Origin: an uncultured bacterium
GTDB lineage: Bacteria; Oederibacteriota; PGYV01; CAWJRG01
DNA length: 64,000 nt
Direction of reading: 5' to 3'
Assembly: GCA_963845185.1 (NCBI GenBank)
Contig: CAWJRG010000010.1
Span: forward strand, 1-64,000
The first letter of the stretch is position 1. Each line of letters starts with the position of its first letter. The translations under genes and the position numbers were made by a program. Under the pieces are notes generated by a model, which did no database searches, was not told where the DNA came from, and saw nothing but the letters and a program-made list of their open reading frames with translations. This document shows positions 1 through 10,775 of the stretch, in pieces.

Positions 1-389
1 ACCGACAGCCAGAGGCCGATGGACACCGCGCGAAAATCATCGCGCACGGTGATATGCGCCGCCTTCCTCCGCGGCTTCGAACAGGAGGCGTGCGAAACTG
101 CACCCGGCGGTCGACCCGCTCCTGCATGCGGTCCTGCGGAGACTTCCACGGCCAGCAGCGCGGAGTTCCAGCATAGACCGCTCTGGCGGTCCGTGACGCA
201 ACGCGGGCGATTCCGTCATCGGTGAGGCAGACGCGCAGGCGTTCGTCACGAAAGGGCAATCTTCGGCTTGCCCATAGTAAATTTCCCTTCAAAGATAGTC
301 CGTACGTCCATGCATCCGCCATATGGTACAACAATATCGACTGAAAGGTCTATTTGGAGCGAACGGACCATGAGTCGAGCTTGCATAGC

Positions 390-447
390 CTCGTAATCGT
401 AATCGAAAAGATCGTTCCCCTCACCATTTTTCGATTACGATTACGAG
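390..447. repeat. Perfect 20-bp inverted repeat built from GATTAC hexamers (REP-like hairpin)
   Basis: CTCGTAATCGTAATCGAAAA (390-409) and TTTTCGATTACGATTACGAG (428-447) around an 18-nt loop. Confidence 0.85.
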
Positions 448-523
448 CTGTACAACACAACTCCCACGCGCCGGGTATAATACCTGCCCCCCCATTTCTG
501 CTACAATCAGCGTGGGGGAAATC

Positions 524-926
524 ATGATGTTTCGCATGTCTGTTCAGGATCGTTTCAGCGCAGCGCATTCCCTGCGCGAGTACGCGGGGCCGTGCTGCCA
601 GCTCCACGGGCATAATTACACCGTGGAGGTGCGGCTCGCGGGGAGCGAGCTCGATGCGTTGGGGATGCTGATTGATTATAGCGAGGTGAAAAGCGCGCTG
701 GCGACGGCGATTGCGCCGTTCAATCATGGCTACCTGAACGACCTGCCGAAGTTCACCACGGTCAACCCCACCAGCGAGAATATCGCCCGCGTCCTGTATG
801 CCCGCATGAAAGAACTGCTCTTCACCAGCGAGGATTTGCGCCGGCGCGTGCGCCTGTGCGAAGTCGTCCTATGAAACCGAGCGCCAGGGCGTGGGTTATG
901 GAGAAGAACACGATGCCACTTTATAG
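524..926 (+). CDS. queD: 6-carboxy-5,6,7,8-tetrahydropterin synthase (QueD/PTPS), frameshifted near 870
   Basis: FSAAHSL, CCQLHGHNY, LNDLP and NPTSENIA motifs; the expected C-terminus (YETERQGVGY) continues in another frame after ~870. Confidence 0.85.
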
Positions 927-1157
927 CTTCAATGCCGGCACTGCCAGCACGTCTTCGAAGAACTGGTGCGCATGGGCAGCACCGGCGAAGACCTGCACTG
1001 CCCCACCTGTGGAGGCGACGAAGTCCACAAGCTCATGTCCACCTTCTATGGCCGCTCCAGCGGCAGCGGCGGCAACTTTCAGAGACATCGCCAGGCAGGG
1101 CTGTGATTGCGGCGGCGATTGCGGGTCTGTGGCGGTGGGTGTTCGTGCCACCATTAA
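913..1157 (+). CDS. FmdB-family zinc-ribbon protein, frameshifted
   Basis: Read across frameshifts: MPLYSF..CRHCQHVFEELV..LHCPTCGGDEVHKLMSTF..then a Cys/Gly-rich tail ending CSCHH*. Confidence 0.75.
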
Positions 1158-1159
1158 AT

Positions 1160-1280
1160 TAAACCTTAATCGCCATACTTAATCTTAATCTGAAGGCTAT
1201 GGATTAAGATTCAGGTATGACGATTAGAGATTAAGACGGAGATTAAGACCGAGATTAAGGTATAGATTAAGGGATTACGC
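1160..1280. repeat. GATTAAG / CTTAATC hexamer-periodic intergenic repeat array
   Basis: CTTAATC units (1164-1190) followed by several GATTAAG units (1202-1272) in the opposite orientation. Confidence 0.7.
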
Positions 1281-1302
1281 TTTAAATTGGAGACCCCTCT
1301 CA

Positions 1303-2388
1303 TGACCTATCCAGGCAAATGGCATGGTAAGAAACGATATTTCGGGATGCATTATGACCTGCACGCCGGCAAAGGCGACACCGAGCTGGGCTTACACGCC
1401 ACACCCGAAGAATTGATCCCCCTGCTCAAAATGGCCGGCATGGACTTCGTGCAGACGGACTGCAAGGGGCACCCCGGTTACACCAGTTGGTTCAGCCAGA
1501 CCCCCGAGGCTTCGGTTCCTCCGGCGCTCAAAGGGATGCGCTCAAAGGCTGGCGCGAAGCCACCCGCTGCTGGGGCTGCCGCTGCACTGCCACTACTCCG
1601 GCATCTGGGACATGGCCGCCGGCGCCAAGCATCCCGGAATGGGCGATCGTCGACCCCGGACGGCAAACGCCGGTCGCCACCGGCTTTGGGCGGAACGACA
1701 GGCGCGCCGGCCGGCGAGAAGATGTGCCCGCGCAGCCCGTACCTCGACGAACTGATGATCCCGCAGATGATGGAGCTGATCGACCGCTACGAGGTGGACG
1801 GCTTCTGGATGGACGGCGACCTGTGGGCCGCCGAGCCCTGCTATTGCCGCCGCTGCCGCACGGCGTTCACGCGCGGAGACGGCATCGCCGAGCCGCCCAC
1901 GGAGCCCGGCGACCCCAACTGGGCCGCTCTGGTGGAACTTCACGCGCGAGAGTTTCGAGCAGTACGTCACGCGCTACTGCGACGCCGTCCACGCCACAAG
2001 CCGGGCGTGCTGGTCTGCTCGAACTGGCTGCAGACCTTCCGGCAATCCCGGCGAGCCGACGGTGCCCACCGACTGGATCAGCGGCGACAACGCCTGGGTC
2101 TGGGGGCTGGACGGCAGCCGCTGCGAGGCGCGGTTCATCTCCACGCGCGGCAAGCCGTGGGACATCATGCTGTGGGACTTCTACTGCTCGCACGGCATGG
2201 GCGAGCCCGATTCCCGCCTGGACGGTGAAGCCGCCGGAGATGCTCATGCAGGAGGCGGCCGTGCTCCTGGCTTTCGGCGGCAACGTGCAGATCTACGAAC
2301 ATCCGCCGGTGCGCGATGGCCGCCTTTCCATCCCCTGGCGGCAAAAGCGGATGGCGCAGGTGTCGAAATTGTTGAAGGCACGCCGTAC
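1303..2388 (+). pseudogene. Glycoside-hydrolase-like TIM-barrel protein (GHL6/alpha-L-fucosidase-like), multiply frameshifted and truncated at the GC junction
   Basis: GMHYDLH, FVQTDCKGHPG, MCPRSPYLDE, YEVDGFWMDGD, PCYCRRC and DWISGD motifs spread over three frames; sequence composition changes at ~2388. Confidence 0.65.
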
Positions 2389-5184
2389 TAACACATTCAA
2401 TATATACGCGCCCGGGGCAAGCGTTTCTCCTCCTGATGTCTTTCCGTTCCAGCTCACTACATGCTTGCCTGCCGATACGTTTGCTATCCCTGAAAGTTCT
2501 TTCTTCCATATAAGCCTGCCGCTTGTAGTAAATATCTTGAGCTCAACTTTAGCGTCAGGATCAGGTATCGCGTAATTAACACTGCCGGCATCCTGAGCCT
2601 TTATTGAGCTTGCCGTGGCGCCTGAAGACCCTGATATGGTGTAAGAGACTGTAGAGCCTGAGGCAGAGGTAGAAGGGTTTGGATTGCTTGATACGCTCGC
2701 TACCTGTGCAGAGGCAGAACTGGTGCTTGCTGTTGGTTCCTGTCCCCATACCAGGCTTCCGTTTACATACGCTGTTATCTTGTTCCAGTTAGTAAAGCTT
2801 GTATATGCAGCGTAACTCCAGTCATTGTCCTGCAGCATATTGCTCCAGTCGCTCTTGTTAAATCTTGACTGTATCTGTACATACTGGTTCGGCTGTAATG
2901 TTATGCCGCCTGTAAACTTTATGCTGATGTAGTTTGTCTGCGTTCCAAGCGTAGTCGGCATCACGCTTACCTGTATGTCAGAAGTTACGTTTGTACCTGA
3001 CGGTAATTCTCCTGCATAGTCAACCCAGGCCTGAATAGTCTGGCCTGATGTGCAGTCGCAGTTAAACCAGTAGCGCACTTCCACGTTGTTCAGGTTTATT
3101 GCCGTCGTTCCGGTGTTTTTCACGTTTATCTGCGGATGCGGGCTGTTTGTCGTGTCCGCAGTTACACCGCTCATTAACTGGAGCGTGATATTCGATGATG
3201 TAACCGGCGTGCTGGTCGGTATCGTTGTTGGTGACGGTGTTATTGGCGTGTTTGTCGGTATTGGAGTTGTCGGTGTAGCTGATGGTGTTACTGGCGTATT
3301 TGTAGGTGCCGGCGTTGTCGGTGTCGCTGACGGTGTAATTGGCGTGTTTGTCGCTATAGGTGTTATCGGTGTTGCCGATGGTGTTACTGGCGTATTTGTC
3401 GCTATAGGTGTTATCGGTGTTGCCGATGGTGTTATTGGTGTGTTCGTCGGAACCGGCGTTGTCGGTGTTGCTGACGGCGTTATTGGCGTATTTGTCGGTG
3501 GTACTGGCGTATTTGTCTTTGTTGCTGTATTGGTGCTCGTGAACGTATTTGTCGGCGTAAATGTATATGTGGGCGTGTTTGTCGCCGCGGCCTGTACTGT
3601 AATAGTGAAAACTTGCGTGGACTTCAATCCACAGGCATTAGTGTACGTAGCCGTAAAGGTGTCGGTTCCCGCGCTTAACGGTATGCTGTCGATCTCCCGT
3701 GAAGTAGAGGAGTAGCCGTTGGGGCCGCTCCAGCTCCAGGAGCCGCCGGTTAATGGCTGTGGCCCAAGGTTCACTGTGGAAGAAGTCGAGGTTACCGAAG
3801 CGCTGCTGGCCTGCTGCCATGCCCCACCATTCACCTGAATATATGGCGTGATAGCTGTGGTAGTGCATGGTGTGTTAGTGGCAGTAGGAACGACAGGCGT
3901 GTTTGTGTTGGTCGGAACACTACCGCCGTTATTGGTTCCTACAAATGAAACTACGCTTTGCGAAGGAAGTGAATAAGTAAAAGTGTTGTTTGAAACAGTT
4001 ACAGCTGATTGCGCCACCAGGCCGGTGCTGGAGTTGGTCAGCCATGGCGTCACTGAAGAGACGTTAAGGCCGTTCAAGTTAAAAGTCTGGCTCACTGATG
4101 AAGTATTGTTATTTATGGCTACAAACACAATTTTTGATGGCGAGGAATTGTTGGTATCCTTAAAAGCGCTGATCGATACGCCTGATGTTGGTGATTCGGT
4201 TGCAGCCATACGGTAATAGCCGGGTCTAATAAATTTGCTGTAATTGCCAAGTACAAAAGCCTTGATGTCGAGGGCGTTGTTGCTGATAAGATCCTGGAGC
4301 CACCAGTAGTGAAAGGCGTTCATGCTTGCATCGACAAGGCTTGTTTGTATCCAGCCCGCTTCCTGCAGTGCTCCTGAAATGTCGGTCGTATTGCCGGAGA
4401 TCTCAGTCTCCCACCATTCCTGGTTCGTTACATTGCTGAAGCCGTAGGAAGAAATGGGTGCTGGATTCCCGCCATACATGTGCGTAGCAATAATGCCAAC
4501 GTAAGGTGCTGAGTTGGAGTCGGCCATGGCTGTGGATGCCAGGTTCATTCCGCCCGGATTATCCGGCTCAGGAATCATGATCTTGGTCGAAAGCCCGGCG
4601 CTTGATAATGCGCTATGGAAAGCCTGGACGTAAACGTCGAACTGCCCGGCTGTCCAGAGGCAGGCTTCATAAGTTGGGTTGAAATTGGGTTCGTTCTGGA
4701 CTGAAAGCGCGTAAAGGTTGATGCCCTGGTTTTTGCAATACTGGATAAACGAAACCTGGTAGCTGGCGAGACCCGTGTCTGCGCTGTTTGGCGAACCGGA
4801 ACTGGCGCCATTGAAAGTATCGTTGCTTGCGCCGCCGTCAACGTTGTTGTTGGCTTTATACTGGGCCGGCGGCGACCACTCGGTGGCCCAGAAAAGGATA
4901 TTGGAATTGACATTCTTGGCCGAAACCAGGGTACTCACTTCAGAGGAAAAGCTGTTGTTGGGGTCAATCCTGGCCCGGAGCGATGTAAGGCCTATATGGC
5001 CGTTCACATTGTCGTCGGCGAATAACTGCGTTCCCAGGTTGTCGAGACCGCTCCATGCGCTGGACGCGCCGATGCAATGGATATACTGGTATGTTGTAGT
5101 GGCATCAACTGTGCAGTTGCCCGCGTTTATTATCGATGCTGCAAGTATTACGAACAAGACTAAAAGTAAACTGACTTTCTTCAT
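2389..5184 (-). CDS. Secreted GH30 xylanase/glucuronoxylanase + Ig-like domain + Pro/Thr linker + CBM3 + T9SS/FlgD-like C-terminal domain (true stop lost at the junction)
   Basis: Signal peptide MKKVSLLLVLF with GGAGG SD; WSPP, VQNEP and WWETE GH30 motifs; CBM3-like VRYWFNCDC..WVDYA..QSRFNKSDWSN; NPNP..KIFTTSGRLI..WNGK..LAPGAYI. Confidence 0.85.
3225..3500 (-). repeat. 48-bp (16-aa) tandem repeat linker, 5-6 copies
   Basis: TNTP(I/V)TPSATP(T/I)TP(V/I/A)(P/A) units in the GH30 protein. Confidence 0.85.
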
Positions 5185-5300
5185 TTTCCCGCCTCCTGAT
5201 TTTTTTTGATATTTTTCTTCATGAACTTCTTTCTTTGCCTCCTTCCTCACCGTTTTATTTTAATAAATTTTATCTTTTAAGAATTAGTTAATCCTGATTT

Positions 5301-5320
5301 TCACTACACCGGTTTAGTAA
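5301..5320. promoter_or_regulatory. LacI-type operator, class B
   Basis: TCACTACACCGGTTTAGTAA near-palindrome with central CG; resembles 14701-14720. Confidence 0.55.
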
Positions 5321-5355
5321 ATGCATCAAAAGAACATTTTTAAATCTTTTTGTTT

Positions 5356-5371
5356 ATATGAACGTTCATAT
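5356..5371. promoter_or_regulatory. LacI-type operator, class A (perfect palindrome)
   Basis: ATATGAACGTTCATAT in the GH30 leader. Confidence 0.75.
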
Positions 5372-5419
5372 TTTATTCCATTTCTAAACTACTTACAATT
5401 ATTTTTGATTATTTCCTTT

Positions 5420-5435
5420 ATATGAACGTTCGCAT
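5420..5435. promoter_or_regulatory. LacI-type operator, class A, second copy
   Basis: ATATGAACGTTCGCAT just downstream of the predicted transcription start. Confidence 0.7.
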
Positions 5436-5446
5436 CAGTTGATACA

Positions 5447-5475
5447 AATATACAAAATATTCCTTCATTTGTCAA
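5447..5475 (-). promoter_or_regulatory. Sigma70 promoter of the GH30 gene
   Basis: TTGACA-N17-TATATT on the minus strand. Confidence 0.7.
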
Positions 5476-5591
5476 GCAATTTTTTTAAGTTTTTTTGTTT
5501 TTTATAAAATCCGGCCAAAATAAGGCATTTTTATGCGTATTTTTTCTTTATCTTTTATGCAGGTTATTATAGGCGGCTTAACAGAAGTTTT

Positions 5592-6610
5592 TCAGGCCGA
5601 TTCCCTGATTATCAATTCCGGCTCAAATACCAGATTTCTTTATTTCTTTCAGCTTGCCCTGCATTGCTTCAAGCGTAATTGCGAATGCTTCATTCCCCAT
5701 TTTCTCGACAGGCTGCCTTACCGTAGTCAGGGAAGGAGTTACGGCTGAAGCCACTGGTATGTCGTCGTAGCCGACAACCGCAATGTCTTCAGGTACGCGC
5801 AGCCCGGCTGCCTTTATTGCTTTTATAGCCCCTATTGCCGCGTTGTCGCCGGCACCGCAAAAAATCGAGTCAATGCCTTTACCCGATTTAAGCATTGTTT
5901 CTGCTATTGTCACACCTTCATTTATATAATTGTTGTTGACCGCAAACTGTATAGCCATGTCAACAGTAACCTCATTGTCAATGAGGGCCTTTTTATATCC
6001 ATTTTCCCTTTCGTCTGTTGACAGCCCGATTTCGCCACCTGACTTGGCCAGGCCTATGTATGCGATATTCTTCCTTCCTTTATTAATAAGGTACTCTGTG
6101 GCTGCATAAGCGCCTTTTTCGTTATCGCATTTGACGCTGTGTGCTCCGGTCATTGTTTCGTCTATGAGTACCACAGGTATTTTGCTTTCTTTCAGCTGGT
6201 CCATGTTTTCCTGGGATGGCTTGATGCCAAGCATTATGATTGCATCTGCTTTCCTGTTGAATATTATGGAGTCAATAATATGCTCTTTTAGTTCGGCTTC
6301 TCCCCTTGTTGAATAAGGCTTCAGGTCATAATGTGTTGAAAGTCCCGGCAAGGTGCACGCCATCCTCGATTTCCCTTAATATATTCATCCCAAATACAGA
6401 AGTAAACCGCGTGCTGATAAATGCGATTGAATCTGCTCTCCCGCTGACAAGGGCCCTGGCAGTTTTGTTCGGCCTGTAATTCAGCTCGCTTATTGCCTTT
6501 AAAACCCTTTCTTTTGTTTCAGGCGCAACTTTATTTATTCCATTTACGACAAAAGATACGGTATTATATGAAACACCTGCAAGTTTTGCGACGTCTTTTA
6601 GTGTTACCAT
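5592..6610 (-). CDS. LacI-family transcriptional regulator with two frameshifts (probably sequencing errors)
   Basis: [22 protein letters not shown] (6326-6610 ORF), sensor domain [19 protein letters not shown] (5623-6363 ORF), C-terminus [14 protein letters not shown] after a second shift. Confidence 0.85.
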
Positions 6611-6627
6611 TTATTTTTCCCTTTCTA

Positions 6628-6640
6628 ATGACCGTTCATA
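6628..6640. promoter_or_regulatory. Class A operator upstream of the lacI gene (autoregulation candidate)
   Basis: ATGACCGTTCATA, one mismatch to ATGAACGTTCATA. Confidence 0.55.
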
Positions 6641-6781
6641 ATTATTTCCAGATTCCCGGCCTTATAGTAATGTTCTATTTTTCTTTACAGCCTGGCTTGC
6701 GTTATGGTTAAGTCGGTCAATTGTTCCTAATTATAGTTAATATATCCCGAAAAATCAAATATTTGTTTCTTCTATATTATA

Positions 6782-7231
6782 TTACTCCAGTATTATAAAA
6801 CTATTTTCGTTATATCCGTCTTTTCTTTTATATTCCACTCTGTCACATAATGACAGGATTGTTTTTATGCCCATTTTCCCTCCAAAGCCGTTTTTTAATC
6901 TCAATGAAATATCCGGAATGCGTTTTTTCTTCATATTAAACTTTGGCCCGTTATCTAGTATTGTTATTTTTGCGCTAGGACGTTTTATTGCGAGTTTTAA
7001 TTTTATTTCCCCGCCTTTTCCTTTATATGCATGCCTTATCAGGTTCTCACAGTGTTCTATAACCGATACTACAAGGACCGCTGTTTTATGGGCGGAAAAC
7101 CCGGATTTCTTCATCCTGGCGTTTATAAATTTTCTTATTATGCTTAAGTTATGCTCATTCGCACCAACTTTTATCACGGCTGTTTTTTCTTTATGTAAAG
7201 CCTTTCTGCTCAATTCAACGGCTTGTGACAT
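6782..7231 (-). CDS. RsbW-like anti-sigma factor / HATPase_c Ser kinase
   Basis: EHCENLIRHAY, ILDNGPKF, GGKMGI motifs; adjacent to a STAS gene. Confidence 0.8.
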   Translation of the reverse strand: MSQAVELSRKALHKEKTAVIKVGANEHNLSIIRKFINARMKKSGFSAHKTAVLVVSVIEHCENLIRHAYKGKGGEIKLKLAIKRPSAKITILDNGPKFNMKKKRIPDISLRLKNGFGGKMGIKTILSLCDRVEYKRKDGYNENSFIILE

Positions 7232-7568
7232 AGCTTTCCACAGCCTCCTTTACGGTTTTGTAACTTTCAATAACGCTGTTTATCCCTACGAGGTCATATA
7301 CTCTTTCTGCATCTTTCTGCATGGCGGCGAGTTTTAAATCACCTCCGGATTCACGCAGCTTTTTGCATTCATTTACAAATGCGGTCCATCCTGCCGAGCT
7401 AATGAATATTAGTGCTTTCATATCAAGGACATATTTCCCACGCCCGTTTTTGTCGGTTATTTCCTTGAATTTCAGGTTAAAAACCGAAACAGACGAAGAG
7501 TCAAGCTCCCCGCAAAGTTCAACAACACTTATTTCTCCATCTTTTCTTTCCTTGATTTCAATTACCAT
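7215..7568 (-). CDS. STAS-domain anti-sigma factor antagonist (RsbV/SpoIIAA-like)
   Basis: GELDSS, VLDMKALIFISSAG, GGDLKL. Confidence 0.88.
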   Translation of the reverse strand: MVIEIKERKDGEISVVELCGELDSSSVSVFNLKFKEITDKNGRGKYVLDMKALIFISSAGWTAFVNECKKLRESGGDLKLAAMQKDAERVYDLVGINSVIESYKTVKEAVESYVTSR

Positions 7569-7580
7569 GTTTTACCTCCG

Positions 7581-9119
7581 TCAGATTTTTCTCCCTATGG
7601 ACAAAATGGCGATATCATCGCTTTGCTCCTGCCCTCCGGTGAAATTTTCAACATCCAGGAGCAGCTTATCCAGTATTTGGCTGCATCCCTTTTTACCGTT
7701 ATTTTTCAGTGATTCAATTACCCTTTCTATTCCGAACCTTTGCCCGTTATCGGCTCTCGCATCGCTTACACCGTCGGTAAAAAGCAGCAGTTTATCACCG
7801 GCTTCAATCGAAGCTCTTTCTTTATTAAGCCTGGTTTCAAGCGTTTTTCCTTTTAAAAAGCCTATAGCGACACCTTTTGGGCATATAGATTCAACCCTGC
7901 CTTCCCTTTCCCTGTAAATCAGCATTTCATGGTGCCCGGCAGAAACCATTTCAATTGAATTTTGAAATATGTCAAGCACGCCGTAAAAAACAGTGGCAAA
8001 CATGCTGTCGGTTATCCGCGTAAGCAGCTCGTCATTCAATTTCGTCAGCACCAGGACCGGATCCATATTTGCTTTTGCTTCAATATTTAATATACTGCTC
8101 AGCATGGTCATTATAAGCCCTGCAGGTATGCCTTTTCCCGACACGTCTGCCATGACAATGCCGAACTTGCTCTCGCTTAAATGAATCACGTCGTAATAAT
8201 CCCCGCCTATTTCTTTTGCGGGTTTATAAAATGCGGCTACCTCATATTTTGCCATGCCCGGGAATATTTTTGGAAGCAGGGCTTCCTGTATCTTAGCCGC
8301 TATTTCAAGTTCTTTCTCAAGCGCGCGCTGCTCTAGTGCTGCTTCATGCGCTTTCTTCAGATCATCAGTCATCATATTAAACGTGGCGGCCAGAACCCCG
8401 AGCTCATTTTTTTTGTTAAGAACAATCTTATAGCTCAGATCCCCGCTGCCGACGATTTTCGCGCCTTCCGAAAGCGCGTTTATCGGCCTTGTTATTGCCG
8501 TACTTAAAAGGAAAGCCCCAATCATGCTTAAAACGACAGCAATCAGGGTCACAAGTATGATATTTAAATATGTCTGATTCAATATATTTTCGACGACTGA
8601 ATAAGATATTCCTACATGCACGATTCCTATTTTAACTTTGCCTTTGGCAACTGCCGGGGCTGTAAAGTCAATTATTTTTTCCCCGAGGCTTGTCTCATAT
8701 ACCGTGTCTTTTGCCGGGGTAATATCTATTTTTCTGCCAATGGGTGAATACGTTTTTTTTACATACGTCATATCGTTATGGGCAAGTATTTTCCCGCCCC
8801 CGTCCACAACCATTGCGTATTCAACACCTTTGTTGTTCATGGCTTCTTTTAATATTTTAGCCGCCTCAAGGTCGTATTTTATCAGCAGGAAATCGGCGAT
8901 ATTATTCGCTATGTTCCTGGTAATGCTGACTCCCCTGAGTTCCACTTCGTTTGTAAGGCTTTTTTTCTGTATGGTAAGCATGGAAAAACTCATTATTCCC
9001 ACAACCGCTAAAGTCAGGAGTATTACAACGGCCATTATTTCCCATCTGATGCTTGTGGAGCCCCCCGCCTTCACAGGCGGAAATTTTTGCGTAGTGGGAT
9101 TAAACTCCTTCTTTTTCAT
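7581..9119 (-). CDS. Membrane sensor + HAMP + PP2C (SpoIIE/RsbU) phosphatase
   Basis: Two TM helices flanking a Cache-like domain; HAMP (ITRPI..NELGVLAATFN); IGGDYYD, ADVSGKG, FTDG and QSDD motifs. Confidence 0.9.
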   Translation of the reverse strand: MKKKEFNPTTQKFPPVKAGGSTSIRWEIMAVVILLTLAVVGIMSFSMLTIQKKSLTNEVELRGVSITRNIANNIADFLLIKYDLEAAKILKEAMNNKGVEYAMVVDGGGKILAHNDMTYVKKTYSPIGRKIDITPAKDTVYETSLGEKIIDFTAPAVAKGKVKIGIVHVGISYSVVENILNQTYLNIILVTLIAVVLSMIGAFLLSTAITRPINALSEGAKIVGSGDLSYKIVLNKKNELGVLAATFNMMTDDLKKAHEAALEQRALEKELEIAAKIQEALLPKIFPGMAKYEVAAFYKPAKEIGGDYYDVIHLSESKFGIVMADVSGKGIPAGLIMTMLSSILNIEAKANMDPVLVLTKLNDELLTRITDSMFATVFYGVLDIFQNSIEMVSAGHHEMLIYREREGRVESICPKGVAIGFLKGKTLETRLNKERASIEAGDKLLLFTDGVSDARADNGQRFGIERVIESLKNNGKKGCSQILDKLLLDVENFTGGQEQSDDIAILSIGRKI

Positions 9120-10768
9120 TTTATTCCCCGTTTTTCCAGCTCATCCAGTTCAGCCTGCGCTTTTTCAAGGTTTCTCAAGGTCTTTACGTCGTCCGGGTTT
9201 ATTTGAAGGACTTTTTTCCACAAATCTATCGCTGTATTCAGGTCGCCCGCCGTATAGGCATTCACCCCGATGTAATACAGTTTATCGATTTCAATTTTCT
9301 GCGCCTCGGTTATTTGTCCGGTTCTATTCTGGGTTTGTATCAACTGCTTTGCCTTTTTTATATATATTCTTAAAATAGCACTCCGCGGGTCTATTTTTGC
9401 AGCTTTTTCCCACTCATTCAATGCTTTATCATACTGTTTTTTAATATAAAAATCCACACCTGCGGCAAAATAAGGGTTGCTTTCATTTTTTAAATCAATT
9501 TTTGATTCATTATATATCCTGTTTTTAAGCGTGTTCTCAAGGTAGGTTTTCATTTTAAGGGAAGGCTCATGGTCGTTCTTCCACTCAAGCGCTTTTTCAA
9601 CTTCAGATAGCGCTTCTTCATATTCGCCTTTTTCAAAATGTATGTATGCACTCCTGTAGTGCGCGTCGGCTTGTTCCTTGATCTTAATATTTATTCTATT
9701 ATCCACAATTTTCCGTACTTCCTCAAGCATAACCTTTTGCCTTTGTGCTTTTTGCTCCCCTATCGTCATGCCAAAAGTGTATGAAACCGTGAACCTGTCC
9801 AGGCCGCCAAGATAATTGTCGACAATATACGCGTAATCAATGCCGACGCCATATAAGGCCAGGCCGGCTCCGAAACTGAATATCCCGTCGCTGTAGCCGG
9901 CTCTGGCGCTTGCTATGCCGGACCAGTTTATCTCAACGCCCACCCTGTCCTTAAAATTCTCGCTTTCGCCAATCGACATATCGTTGCTGACCATTAATTT
10001 TAAATCAGCAACATCATACTTTGCCAGCAGGCCGAAGGTATAGAGTTGTGGAAGCGACTCTTTAACGGACTCCATCGAAAACGTAGGTTCTATAATATTC
10101 TGTACCATCAGCCCCGCACAAAGGAAAGGAAATGGCGAGTATAATAAACCGGCGTCTGCTCCGAATCCGACAGAATTAAAACCTGATATATTGGAAGAAA
10201 ATATATTAACGTTTGCACCTGCGGAAAAACCCATATTTATTTCCTTTGCATAAGAAACCGTCGCTTTATACTGGTCGACGCTGAACATGGAAGTTTGAAC
10301 GTCGTTTATATCATAACCCTGGATATTTCCCGAAGAAAATTTATAAAAAGATGCCCCTATAGTGCCGAAATCCAGCAAAGGCTGTCCGTATGCTATCGAG
10401 CTGTAAGTATTGGATTCGTAAAGCGGATAATACAGTAGGGATATCTCCTGCTTATTTATGTTTGTGAGCCCGGCTGGATTGTAATATATTGCTGATAAAT
10501 CGTCGGCTACTGCTGTAAAAGCGCCGGCCATGGCATCGGGCCTTGAACCTGCGCCTGTCATGAATACGCTTTCAGTGCCGTAATCCCCCTGAAAGGCGAA
10601 TATGTTTACACTAAGGAGAAGAAAAAATATAGATGTTAAACATTTTATTTCCCGTTTCGGGATTAGATTTTTTTTACAACTTTTAATCTTTGGTCCAAAA
10701 CCTGGTTTTGCTGAAGTATTTGTATTTCGTTTCGCACTGTTATAATTCACTTTAACTTTGTATTCCAA
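9116..10768 (-). CDS. PorV/PorQ-like (UPF0164) outer-membrane barrel fused to TPR repeats
   Basis: GAGSRPDAMAGAFTAVADDLSAIYYNPAGL N-terminal motif, amphipathic beta strands, C-terminal TPR helices. Confidence 0.75.
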   Translation of the reverse strand: MEYKVKVNYNSAKRNTNTSAKPGFGPKIKSCKKNLIPKREIKCLTSIFFLLLSVNIFAFQGDYGTESVFMTGAGSRPDAMAGAFTAVADDLSAIYYNPAGLTNINKQEISLLYYPLYESNTYSSIAYGQPLLDFGTIGASFYKFSSGNIQGYDINDVQTSMFSVDQYKATVSYAKEINMGFSAGANVNIFSSNISGFNSVGFGADAGLLYSPFPFLCAGLMVQNIIEPTFSMESVKESLPQLYTFGLLAKYDVADLKLMVSNDMSIGESENFKDRVGVEINWSGIASARAGYSDGIFSFGAGLALYGVGIDYAYIVDNYLGGLDRFTVSYTFGMTIGEQKAQRQKVMLEEVRKIVDNRINIKIKEQADAHYRSAYIHFEKGEYEEALSEVEKALEWKNDHEPSLKMKTYLENTLKNRIYNESKIDLKNESNPYFAAGVDFYIKKQYDKALNEWEKAAKIDPRSAILRIYIKKAKQLIQTQNRTGQITEAQKIEIDKLYYIGVNAYTAGDLNTAIDLWKKVLQINPDDVKTLRNLEKAQAELDELEKRGIK

Positions 10769-10775
10769 ATCCCAT

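Noticed and set aside
1..275. Possible partial minus-strand gene starting at ~275
   Set aside because: Broken by frameshifts with no recognisable motif, so no product can be supported.
2293..2388. Last ~30 aa of the 985-aa ORF
   Set aside because: Read-through into the antisense strand of foreign GC-rich DNA beyond the junction.
3086..3715. Val/Gly-rich 209-aa plus-strand ORF
   Set aside because: Antisense shadow of the Thr/Pro linker repeats.
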